Assembly (NCBI RefSeq): GCF_001194135.2
Contig: NC_068981.1
Location: forward strand, 8,452,684-8,516,683
Direction of reading: 5' to 3'
Source: Octopus bimaculoides
Taxonomy: Eukaryota
Length of the DNA stretch: 64,000 nucleotides
In this document: positions 26,900 to 37,991 of the stretch, in pieces
Numbering within the stretch: the first letter of the stretch is position 1
How the letters are laid out: each line of letters starts with the position of its first letter
The notes under the pieces: model-generated
Database searches by the model: none
What the model was told of the DNA's origin: nothing
What the model saw: only the letters and a program-made list of their open reading frames with translations
Program-made: the position numbers and the translations under genes

Positions 26900-27330
26900 C
26901 CTTTTCTGCATAGTTCTTGTTTAAACAGTTCTGTGAGAGTCGGGCTGGTTTGATATTAGTGATACCAAACCGCTGTTTGTTATTCCTACCATTTTAGACC
27001 AGCGTTGGTGTCTCTGAGTTGATCATTGCAATGTTATAGAGGAGCCACTCAAAGGCTATTTGCAGTGAAATACCTCAGTAAATCTGATGTTGCTCACACA
27101 CGATGTTTATGTCTCGTCCACTGAGCTAATGTTTAATTATCGAGGCTTCCAGGCCGTCTGCTTGTGCTTTCTGAAAGATAGCATGTTAGTGATTTAATCC
27201 TCCCATTTAATGTCAATGATTGATCGAAGCAAGTGCCTGGGAGGTAGAAGTTTGAAACAACGACGCCTTGGTACACCATCACACTGGTGTGTGGAGGTTT
27301 GTTTCTGAAAACCGTGTCAGGCAGAACACG
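26900..27330 (-). mobile_element. RTE LINE C-terminal fragment (decayed)
   Basis: Minus strand gives ..VMVYQGVVVSNF.., then LRSIIDIKWED*ITN and an LRW-GH-like ctcagtggacgagacat, collinear with RTE post-RT motifs. Confidence 0.65.
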
Positions 27331-27620
27331 TACACACACATACATACGTACATAGACACATATATATACACTCACACACGTACATATGGAGATACCCACA
27401 CACAAACATAAATATGCGTACTCAGACACACACACACACACACACAAGGTGTGTCTGGTAATTTAACTTGTTGGTTAGCAGAACTGTTTGTTCTAAAAAG
27501 AACAGTCAGTAATTAACAATTTGTTTCCGTTAAATAATATTTTAAACAACCATAAATATAGACCTTAAAACAATTTTTAATTAGTTTAAAAAAATATTTA
27601 GGTTAAAAAAAGCAACTCAC

Positions 27621-27675
27621 ATTCAAGAGTTATGTCCCTTGGATAGATGACCCATCCCCGCTTCTCCTCCGCCAT
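27621..27675 (-). CDS. Candidate first coding exon of an unidentified gene (MAEEKRGWVIYPRDITLE, phase-1 donor)
   Basis: aagATGGCG start context (its reverse complement is the YY1-like CCGCCATCTT), an open 55-nt frame and a GTGAGT donor at 27620-27615. CpG-enriched DNA lies upstream. No downstream exon identified. Confidence 0.35.
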
Positions 27676-28306
27676 CTTCTTGCTTTCTTTCCATCGCTCT
27701 CTTCTTTTCTTTCTCATTCCACTTATTCTTCCTCTCTCCTTCTTTGTCTCTTGTCTATCTGTTTTTTTTTCTCTCTCTCTTACTCCTCCTCTTTCTTCCT
27801 CTCTGCTTTTCTCCTCTCAGTTTCTCTCTTTTTGCTTCTCTCATTCACGTCTCTCCTCCTCCTCCTCCTCCTCCCACTATATTCCTTCATTATTTCATTA
27901 AATCAGGTCAAATATTTATTATTCACATTAAAAATGCGGGGAATTCTGGTTAATTTCAAACGACCAACTAATTATTTATCCATCTAATAATTAAGACTAA
28001 TACAAATCGAAATAAACTGATCAAACATATCGAGACAACGATATCACAATCAACAAGTGTTATTAATATCAATATTTTTCTGGTTTTTATGAAGAGAGAC
28101 ATATATCTGTTGCAGACACGGTGGGAAATGGAGCTGCAGCAATATTCTGGTCGAAACAACCTGATGAACACGAAATGAATTGAAAAGACAGAAAATATAT
28201 CTACCTACAATTTTATACACACGTATATCCACACACATTTTTGCGTACAGCAACATTATTTCTCAGATGAGTACAAAATGTTAAATTTTATCATGCAATT
28301 TTGGCA

Positions 28307-28379
28307 GCCGAAATAGCTCAGTTGGGAGAGCGTTAGACTGAAGATCTAAAGGTCCCCGGTTCAATCCCGGGTTTCGGCA
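28307..28379 (+). tRNA. tRNA-Phe-GAA: tRNA-Phe (anticodon GAA), intronless
   Basis: GCCGAAATAGCTCAGTTGGGAGAGCGTTAGACTGAAGATCTAAAGGTCCCCGGTTCAATCCCGGGTTTCGGCA: 73 nt, paired acceptor stem, GAA at 28340-28342, canonical A and B boxes. Confidence 0.98.
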
Positions 28380-28400
28380 TCCGGAGGCTGCCACGAAACA

Positions 28401-28406
28401 TTTTTT
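28401..28406 (+). terminator. RNA polymerase III terminator (T6) for tRNA-Phe
   Basis: TTTTTT begins 21 nt after the tRNA 3' end. Confidence 0.75.
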
Positions 28407-29529
28407 AAATTTTGTTATGGGTGTTTGCTTTTAGGCAATCACTTTTGTTTTAGTTTGAGCTTTTTGTTATATTTAACTCACCCACAGAAACTAAATTATT
28501 GATAGAAACTGTCTAAATTATAAGCAGTAAATATGGGTGCAGAAGTGGTTGTGCGGTACGAAGTCTGCATCCCAACCTCATTGTTCCGGGTTCAGCCCCA
28601 CTGTGTGGCATTTTGGGCAAGTGTCTTCTACTATAGCGTTGTGTGTGTGTGTGTGTCCTACTACTCTTTGATGACCATTGTTGGTTTGTTTACATCCTTG
28701 CAACATAGCAGTTTGATAAGAGACCGATAGAATAGAAGAAGTACTGGATTTGATTTGTTCAATCGAAAATTCTTTAAGGCGGTTGCTCCAACATGACCGA
28801 GCTACAATGACAAAGTAAAACACTCATATACATATGTGGTGAGTGCTCCATCTTCAAAGACGATTGCCGTCTCTCTGAACTTGCTTTCAATATCATTTCT
28901 GACATTCCTTCCATGACCTCTCAGATGACTATTCAGTTCCACTGCTGATCTGAAGTATGACAGAGAAAGTTGTAACTTCCACTGGATCGATAGGATTATG
29001 GGACTTCAGATGGTCGATATATGCAACCTAGGAAAGGAGTAGACGGCCTAGTGTTGTACAGCTCCCACACTTTATGTTGTCATTGAGGTTCTGATGACAG
29101 CCCCTCCAAAGCCATCACATTAGGCTTTCGTGCTAAAGGCACCCTTCTTCAAAAGACACAGTGAAGTTGAACATGCAACCAAAAATCGGGATCATTATTG
29201 TGTTTCACATTGCACTCCAATATCCAGTGTATTTCAAAGTTAGACATCAACTTCGAGATAGTCTAGTGTACAGAATACAAGCCGAATAATAACATGGAGA
29301 TATGGTATTTTGGGCCTTATAGAACCTACACATGTTTCAACAAAATATCATAATAATTACATAACAGTAGAAGCACAACAACAGATGTTGAAGGCTCTTT
29401 TCCTGTTATATAAACCATTAGCAACTGTGTATGCCACATAATATAGCCAGAAACAGAAAAAAACCCTCTCAAACCTAAGTCGGTGATCTCCGTCATGCTC
29501 TCAATAGGTTCGCAGCCAAGCGTTGGAAA

Positions 29530-30350
29530 AGCTGCAGTATCTCAGGGATGGGAGGCTGAATCGGATGCTAGGATTGCAGCTGCTGGTGCAGTAATGCATC
29601 AATTCCATTGTAGTGTGATACAAGAAGCCAGTGCCATTTTGTGCAAGATCTCGTCGGCAGCCATTTCCATGTCTGAGACAACAGCGAGGTCTCGCCTACA
29701 ACCATGTTTGCCATGTGTGAGACCACAGCGAGGCTCTCGTGGGCAACATCTATTTAAGGTGATTCTCTCTTTTGCGTTCACGCTCACGCTGAGCAACACA
29801 ACAAACTGGCAGCTCACAGCAGATTCTGGTCCTGCTCTAACTTCACCCATTATCACCAGAGGTAATTTACCTCACGTGAACGGGGCTATTATGAACTACA
29901 CACTGCCATACGGATGGTTGCTAGGAGCGAACCCCCATGAATGAGAACTAAATAAATAACCATTGAATTGCATCCGCCTGTGAGCTTCTTCTTTCGGGTT
30001 CCAGATCCTAAGACTACAGAAAATAATAGCAATGGGAGAAGGAGATACTCCACAGGTATCATGAATCTTTGAGTCCCATTATACCATCATTTGACCCTCA
30101 GAAAGGGAGAGGTTGGTAAAAAGCAAAACAATCTCACTGTCTTCAAATTGGTTTTTGTGCTCATCCTCACCTATGCTTATGAATGTTGGGCAAAATAGGA
30201 TTCCTCTGAAGTATCTCTGGAGTAACATTACTTGACATGGGTGCGTAAATTGGTGATCAGAAAGTCTCTCGAGGTCAAGCTGCTATTTCTCTGCATTGAA
30301 AGGTCACACCTCCAATAATATAGATATGCGATTAGAATGTCACAGGAAGA
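29530..30350 (+). mobile_element. Decayed RTE LINE C-terminal region interrupted by an insertion
   Basis: DARIAAAGAVMHQ at ~29560-29605. After the insert, LTVFKLVFVLILTYAYECW and ..GVTLLD../..LLRIERS-like blocks at ~30120-30350. Confidence 0.65.
29609..30018 (+). mobile_element. Possible solo LTR (410 bp)
   Basis: Starts TGTAGT and ends ACTACA. Contains an internal direct repeat (gagac.acagcgagg.ctcg x2), TATA-like TATTTAAG and AATAAA in U3-R-U5 order. No TSD found. Confidence 0.45.
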
Positions 30351-30792
30351 ATCACAAGGTTATGATGTCACATCTATAGATATTTTTAGTGAAACTCTTT
30401 TACTTACATCAGCTCCACTTCTTACAAGTTCAAGCAAAGAATATATAATCATTCTTATACTTTCAACAATTGTAATAAGGCTAACGTTACATCATTCGCA
30501 AATAAGTTTGGGAATTAAAAGACAAAAAAAAAAATTAGATTCCAAATGACCTCGAATTTGGTAAATTATGGGAAATACTTAAACATTCATGTAATATCCT
30601 TAATAAGTCTATTGAACTTAGGGTGAAATGCTCGCATATTACAAACACATATTCATACTTTAAGCCAGTTATTTAACAGGCTTTGAGCAATCCTATTTAT
30701 CTCTTAACTTCTTAGCTTCTATTTATCCATACCCTGTAATGTAGTTAAGTATACTCGTCTCATTTAAATATTATTTGAAAGATTAGTCACAC

Positions 30793-31036
30793 TATTCTGT
30801 TGTTTCTGGGGAGAGTCATATTCTTTTTGTGCCTTATAATTTAACATATTCACCAGTAAAATTTCCACTTATTTCTTATTTATTTTTCTAAAATTTTCGT
30901 TGCATCTTGCAACCTTTTCAATAGTCTTGACTATTGAAAAGGTTGCAAGATGCAATGAAAATTTTAGGAAAATACTGTTGAGTGTTAAATTATAAGGCAC
31001 AAAAAGAAAATGACTCTCCCCAGACACAACAGAATA
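30793..31036. mobile_element. Fold-back element with a 92-bp near-perfect central palindrome (30882-30973)
   Basis: Outer arms ~30793-30858 and ~30974-31036 are reverse complements. The centre is ...ttgcaaccttttcaatagtc-tt-gactattgaaaaggttgcaa.... An ~24-nt unpaired insert sits in the left arm. Confidence 0.88.
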
Positions 31037-31859
31037 TGCTTCAACACAAGAACTCACCAAAAGAATCTCGCAAACCAAATCCAAAAACAAAATGGTCATA
31101 CTATGTTATCGACCTCCTGGTTTCGCATTCTGGACACATTTGTTTGCAACGTCTGTATTCAATAAATAGTGGAACATATGATAGTCCGATGTATGATCTA
31201 ACTTCCTGTTATTCGTCTACATTTTCCTATATATCATTCTTTATATATTATTTTGGTTTATATCACGTTATTTAATATAAGTATATATAAATGTAGGGCT
31301 GCATGTGCTATGTATATGCATAGGTGTATATCTCTGTATGTATATACATATATGCATGTATATATATATATGTGTGTGTGTTTATGTATATTTGTGTACA
31401 TCTATGTGAGTATATATGTATATTTGTGGGTGTGTATATATATATATTTTTTTTATTTGTTTCAGTCATTTGACTGCAGCCATGCTGGAGCACTACTTTT
31501 AGTTGAACAAATCGACAGCAAGACTTATTCTTTGTAAGCCTAGTACTTATTCTATTGGTCTCTTTGCCGAGCCGCTAAGTTATGGGGATGTAAAGACACC
31601 AACATCGGCTGTCAAGCGATGGGAGTGGGGAACAAACATAGACATACATACACATATCTATGACAGGCTTCTTTCAGTTTCCGTCTACCAAATCCACTCA
31701 CAAGGCTTTGGTCAGCCTGAGACTATAGTTGAAGACACTTACCCAAGGTACCATGCAGTAGGACTGAACCCAGAATCATGTGGTTGGGAAGCAAGCTTCT
31801 TTCCACACATCCACAACCTGAAGAACATTGAAATCTTCACCACCATCTGGTTTAATCTA

Positions 31860-32215
31860 CCAATACTATTTCAGTATCAAAAATTGAAATACATCTTGGA
31901 AAAACATCCGATAATAAAAATGTGACAAACGAAATCACTAAAAAAAGGAGACCAGTGTCAAGGTGCATGCACTAAGTATGAATCCTAAAGTCAGTAAATG
32001 CAAACAACGAAACTGTGGCATATGTAGCCACATATATGAAGGCCCCAAATTCTCCTACAAAGAAGGCCCTACCATCAAAATTAAAAACAATTTTTCTTGT
32101 GATTTACACAATATATGTATAACATGTAAAAGCTTCCATGAACTCTTTATTGGACATACCAGTATGACACTGAGCAAGCGAATGACAGATGTTAGCAAAC
32201 TATTATTGTCATTCT
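31860..32215 (+). mobile_element. Penelope-like GIY-YIG endonuclease fragment (second clade)
   Basis: Reads KVSKCKQRNCGICSHIYEG..IKNNFSCDLHNICITCKSFHELFIGHTSMTLSKRM, matching the KC..C..C / F.C....IY.I.C..C...YIGQT..L..RM pattern. Confidence 0.72.
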
Positions 32216-32460
32216 ATCAGTGTAGCGATTCAGTGACAGAGCAATAAAAAAAAAAAAAAAACAAGAACAACATCCAAAGTTGAATGCTTTAATTAGCATA
32301 GATCATTATTTTCTTTCTTCTAAAACAATTCAACGTTGTTTCAATATTGTTCTGGCAATTTCTGTGACAACACTGATGCCAGATCGTACTGATCCTTGCC
32401 CTTCACTTGGACAAGTGAAGGGCAAGAAAGGGCATTTGAGGAATGTTCTCATGATTCTAT

Positions 32461-33990
32461 CATTCCAGAGAGCTGACTGCGATACAGATCACTCTTTGGT
32501 TCGCTGCAAGATCAAACTTCAGCCAAAGAAGACACATCATAGGAAATTACCCAGAAAACAGTGCATTGATGTCAGTAAAATACGACATCCAGGTAAAGCA
32601 GAAAAGTTCACCAGATTACAGGAGGAGCTCCCTGCAGGTGCCAACATGAGACAGAGAGGCACAGACGAGATGGGATTTTTAGAAGGAATACAATTCACAT
32701 AGCTGCACTGAAGGTCATTGGTAAGAAAAAAAAAGCAAAGCAGAGGACTGGCTTGAGACAAGTTCAGTCAAGTTGACCACTGTTAATGAGGCAAAGCATA
32801 CTGAACTACACAAGATATCAATGCTGACCAACCCAGGTACCATTGCAAGTATTAAGAACAGCCAAATGCCATAACTTTGCAAAGGTATTCAATCATCATT
32901 TGACACAGGTGACTTCCATGGAATGTTTGAAGGTCATTAACCCAACCACGAACATGACAGCACCATTGAAAACCATAACAGATGAGACCATCAAAGACAA
33001 AGAGAAGCAGATGGAAAGACAAGTAGAGAATTGTTCCAAACTCTACAGAGAACACCATCTCAGTGTGTTAGACATCATGGACTGTTTGCCAGTGAGGTGG
33101 GAACTGGATAGATTGTCAATTATCATGGGAGTGAGAAACACTGTTGATTGTCTTCACATTGGCAAGATACCAAGGATTGGATGACATTCCATCGTAGGCC
33201 ATCAAATGGGCAAAGAGCATCCTGTCGTGGCACCTAAACAAACTACTGTGCCAGTCTTGGAAAGAAGGAGCAGTGCCATAGAAGATTGGAAAAATGCAAT
33301 ACAGTTACTCTGTCCAAGAACAAAGGGAATTGTAATGAATGCAATGATTACAGAGGAGTCTTCTTGCTGGGCATCGTCAAGAAAAGTCTCTGCTTAGATT
33401 GAAGAAATTTGCTGAAACTGAATACTCTGATTTTCACTGCAGCTTCCAACCAGAATAATCCACATGTGACATCATCTTACCTCTATGACAACAGCAAGGT
33501 AACTGCAAATTGCAAAGACGGTCACTTAACATTGCTTTCATTGACCTCACAAAGGTCTCCAACTTTGAGAACAGAGACAACTTATTCAAAATCTTTGTCA
33601 ATATTGGATGTTTATTGAAGATTTTTCATTCATTCCACATATATGGAAAGGTATTATTCAATTCCATGGCTCTTTCTCAGAATCATTCAGTATCTGCAAT
33701 GGAGTGAAACAGGGCTGTGTGCTTGTTTCCGTTCTGTTTGATATCTTCTTTGCTGCCATGCTAAAGCATGCCTTTAGAACATTAACTGGTGGTGTTGTCT
33801 TCACACAAGATCAAATGAGAAACTGCTGAATCTGTCTTGACTGAAGGAAAAAAAAACACTAAAGTATGTGGAGTGCTCACCAGAGACATATTATTTACAG
33901 AAGAAATAGCACTGGTAACCAGTAACTACCTGGAAAGTCTCACAAGAGCCTGTCAAAATTTCAGGTCAACCACCAGCCTGAAGAAGGCAA
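32461..33990 (+). mobile_element. Decayed RTE LINE (end of APE domain through RT)
   Basis: ADCDTDHSLVRCKIKLQPKK, IEDWKNA, LNIAFIDLTK, GVKQGCVLVSVLFDIFF and RDILFTEEIAL appear in shifting frames. Confidence 0.9.
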
Positions 33991-34300
33991 GAGAAAAAAT
34001 ATACAATACCAAATTGAAGACGTGTATATATTTTCTCTCTCTCTTGCTTCTCTTTATCCTTTCCCTTTAATAAAGGCCGTCACCCAGAATGTTAGATTTA
34101 TTTCTGTTTTTCCTTTTAACATGTTTATTTTCATTGTTTATGTCTTTGATTGTTGCATTTTTGCTTTCTATTTGTATGCTTTTCCAGTCACATACCTTTG
34201 CTTGTCTGATTCCACGTCTTACTTGTTTGCATATCTCCTCTTTGCCTCATAATCTTACACATATATGATCTCTCTTACTTTCTATCTCTCTTTCCCTTTC

Positions 34301-34343
<43 letters not shown>

Positions 34344-34399
34344 GGAAAGATAGAAAGTAAGAGAGAGAGAGAAAGAGAAAGTGATAAGTAAATAAAGAA

Positions 34400-34720
34400 T
34401 AATGGTAAATTCAAGAATACTAACAACAGTTTCAATACTTTGTACATGGAAACAGTATTTCCTGAGACCCAATACAATAACAATGGGATATCCACCAACA
34501 AACACACTAACAAGCTAAGTATGACTCGCACAACCCTCATCCAATGTCATTACCTACACCAGTATAAAAACTCATTACATCATTGAGTCTTAGAGAACAC
34601 AATGACATGTTTAGCGTGTGTGAAAACATCAAATGAACCTGCTGAAATTACTTGGGAAATATTCAAGAAGGCTCCAGGATTTAGAATAAAGTCTCAGTTT
34701 TAGACAGAAAGTTAAAACCA
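34400..34720 (+). mobile_element. Possible highly decayed Penelope-like GIY-YIG fragment
   Basis: ITWEIFKKAPGF resembles the I.W.I..KA..Y block. Other motifs are not recoverable. Confidence 0.3.
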
Positions 34721-34992
34721 TTTCCAACCATTGAGGAAATGATGGTCTTGTGGGTTTTTATGTCAATGATTAGCAATTGCAGAGGTGATAATCTACCAAT
34801 GAATACAGAGAATGGTGAATGACACCGGATTCGATTCTATCACAGCAGAAACAACAACAACTGTTTGGTGAAGGACAAGATTTGTAAAGATATAAAATAT
34901 TAAAAAAAGACAAGAAAAATGAACAAGAACAACATTTTTTTTCAAAGTTAATAACTTGTAACTATTTATTGAACATTTGGCAAAAACATAAC

Positions 34993-35027
<35 letters not shown>

Positions 35028-36280
35028 TAATCGTAATAATATCAAGAATTTTAAGAACTAATAGCTGTTTCCATAGTAATCCCTTGGTAAGGAGAGAGAA
35101 CAGTTTTATGCAACAGGAAGGAAGCAGCATTTGGAAAGAAATGAAGGAATTTGGAAAAACATTTTAAAGTTAATTAAAAAAAAAACAATAAGAAAGTCTA
35201 AACATAAAAATAAGAAAGGTGTTCACTGCAATTCTTTCAACATATTTTAATTAACCTAGAGTAGATTAATGACTAATTAGTTGTAAAGTTTAACTAGTTG
35301 GGATCATCAGTTATGTTTAAAAAACAAAAAGTAAATAAAGCAACAACAACAAGAAAAATAGTTTTTAAAAAAATAACATTTTCCAGGAGAATGAATTCTC
35401 TAAAATACATTAAAAAAAAAAAAAAAATTAAAAAGTCAATATTTTAAGGTTGATCATGATAAAGCCTGCTTTATTCCAAATTTAAGAGAAAAGTTAATTT
35501 TTCACTGATTAGAAACATTTTTTTTCTTTGTTTAAAAAAACCAAAAAATGGCAGAAAAATAGTCTGACTGAAAAGTTACATAAATATCAGATTATCTTAT
35601 TTTATCATGATTTTAATAATATTTAGTAGAGCAGCATAAGTGAAACAAACTTTTCATGGAGGAATGGCTAGATATCTTTTCTCTTTTTAAATACATTTCA
35701 GAAAAAAAAGCTTCTTTCTCTAAAATTTATTATTTAATAAAAGAAAAACAAAAACAAAAAACAACAACAAAAAAACAACAGATTATTATAATATAATAAA
35801 TAAGAAAACTATGATTGTCAGCCCAGTAAACACCATTGAAATACCACAACATAAAACCTGCCAATAAATAGTAACTAATTATTAATTATCATTATTATTA
35901 TCATTATCATTATTAGCTTATAAAAAACATTTATATATGCAAAATCATCTTATATTTAACATGTACTTTCATTTAAATATCAAAACTAATTAATCTGTAA
36001 AATTTATTTTTGAAATTAAATCACAGTTAAAATGGTTTCTCCTCCTACCCCACCCCACTCTCTAATTAACTAATTAACTGAATTCTGTTAGAAATAGTTT
36101 CAAAGTGTGTTTGTCTTATAATAAAATAGTAATTAATGTTGGTGATTCCTTACATGACTTTACCTTGTTCATTAGAGAAGAGATAACGAGTTTTTAGAGT
36201 TAAAAGCTCATGAAATAATAGTTGCAACCAAGATGGTGGAACTGACTGCTTAAAGGATTGGCTGCTATAACTAGTAGTGT

Positions 36281-36410
36281 GAAGGGGCATGGCTTAGTGT
36301 TTAGGGTGCTGCACTCCTGATTACAAGGTTGTGGGTTCAATTCCCAGACAAGGCAGTATATTATGCTCTTGAGCAAAACACTTCATTTCACACTGCTCAA
36401 ATGCTGTGTG
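36281..36410 (+). mobile_element. tRNA-derived SINE family C, 5' part
   Basis: tggcttagtgtttagggtg A-box-like and gggttcaattccc B-box. Homologous to the minus copy at 44401-44728. Confidence 0.7.
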
Positions 36411-37639
36411 GGGAGCAGCATGTCAAAGAATGGACCCAAGATTTCCCATGTCATAAAAGGCAATGAAAAGAGGTCAAGGTAGGATTTGCACTCTGACCTT
36501 GTAAAACCTTCATCAGCAACAACTACTCATGAGAACCCCGTAGGTTGGAGGGTTGTTGCCTGAGCGGTGCAACAGTGTCATCTGCCAGGGGTAGTAGTAG
36601 TAGGGAATCACCAACAAATGGTGGATGCAGTGATGTGCCCCCCCCCACCGTCCCACTACAACTACTATTAGCACTGTACTGTGTCCATTTTGGGGCCAAC
36701 ATACTAAACCCTGGTCATTAACCTAGTTACAAATAACTAATATGGAGTGAGTCAGCTGACCACTGCAAGCAGTAGGAGAAGTGTATCATTAACGAGTGTT
36801 TCACTAGTTCATAGTGTTGACTTTAAACCCTAACATGGTTGGAGTTTGGAGAGTAAGAAGATATCTGAAACACACTGCATGGGAAGTGGAAACCCCAATC
36901 CCCCCTATTGTCACGGCAATCCACTGTGTCAATGGGGTTCACTAATATCAACACACATGGTTGAGCTGCAGGTTTTAGGTGACATGTACAAGAGATTTGA
37001 GAATATATTCTAAATAATTTGCAGTTTCACAATTGACCGTTTTGACTCTGGCATCAAAAATACCAACTTTTGCAACTCCAAAGGATAATAATTGCAAGGC
37101 AGTGGGCATTTTTTTTCTTTTTTGTGGAATATATTTTAGATTGAAATGGTTTCATCAGGGACATTTGAAATGAGAACAGCATCATCTCTCCACTGTCCAT
37201 TTAGAGAGAGAGAGAGAGAAGTAGAGAGAGAGGAGGGAGAGAGAAGTAAAGAGAGAGGCGGGAGAAAGGGAAAGAAGCGAGAGAAGTAGTGAGAGGAGGG
37301 AGAGAAGCAGAGAGAGAAAAGGAGCGAGAGAGAGAGAGAGTGTGTGTGGATGTGTTTGATTATGGAGGTGTCCTTGTGAGGTAAGTGATTTGATATGTAC
37401 AAATCTCTATTTCTCATGGACTCTCTTGTTGTTTTGTCTTGTTTTTTGATTAATTACCATCTGCTCTATTAATTTCTCTAATATTATATCCATTCCACAT
37501 CATGTATAAATGAATGACTATTATACTAATATATGCAGAATCTTTGAGGCATTCTTCCTCGTATGGTCTGAGGGTGTAGTCTTCTCTCTTCTCTACATCA
37601 TCACCGTATCATTATATGCATATGGATGCATCGTCTGTT

Positions 37640-37699
<60 letters not shown>

Positions 37700-37870
37700 T
37701 TTTTTTTTTCCATGTGTGTTTATATATATCTCTACATTGAAGCTGGTGATATAATTCTGAGTGGATTATGAAACAGCTGTAACCTCTATGGAATTATTAA
37801 AACTCTTCTTGTTTCCTAACTCTCCCTTTTTGTTTGCTTATGTATTTGTGTGTGTGTATGTGTGTGTTAA

Positions 37871-37991
37871 CTTTTACAAAGAAAAGGTTGACAGTGATTT
37901 CAAAGTTTCAACTAGCTTGCCTTCATTAGAGTCTGATGAAAGGAAGCAAACTGAAACTTTGAAGTTACTGTCAACAATTTTCCTTTAAAAG
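37871..37991. repeat. ~120-bp hairpin repeat (MITE-like), with a diverged half-copy at ~52115-52165
   Basis: gttgacagtgatttcaaagtttca (37887) pairs with tgaaactttgaagttactgtcaac (to 37975) with 2 mismatches. The inner gcttgccttcat pairs with atgaaaggaagc. Confidence 0.7.

Noticed and set aside
28151-28180. CTGATGA-acac-GAAA and similar isolated cores (also 37932-37960)
   Set aside because: There is no stem II pairing and no stem I/III, so these are chance heptamer matches.
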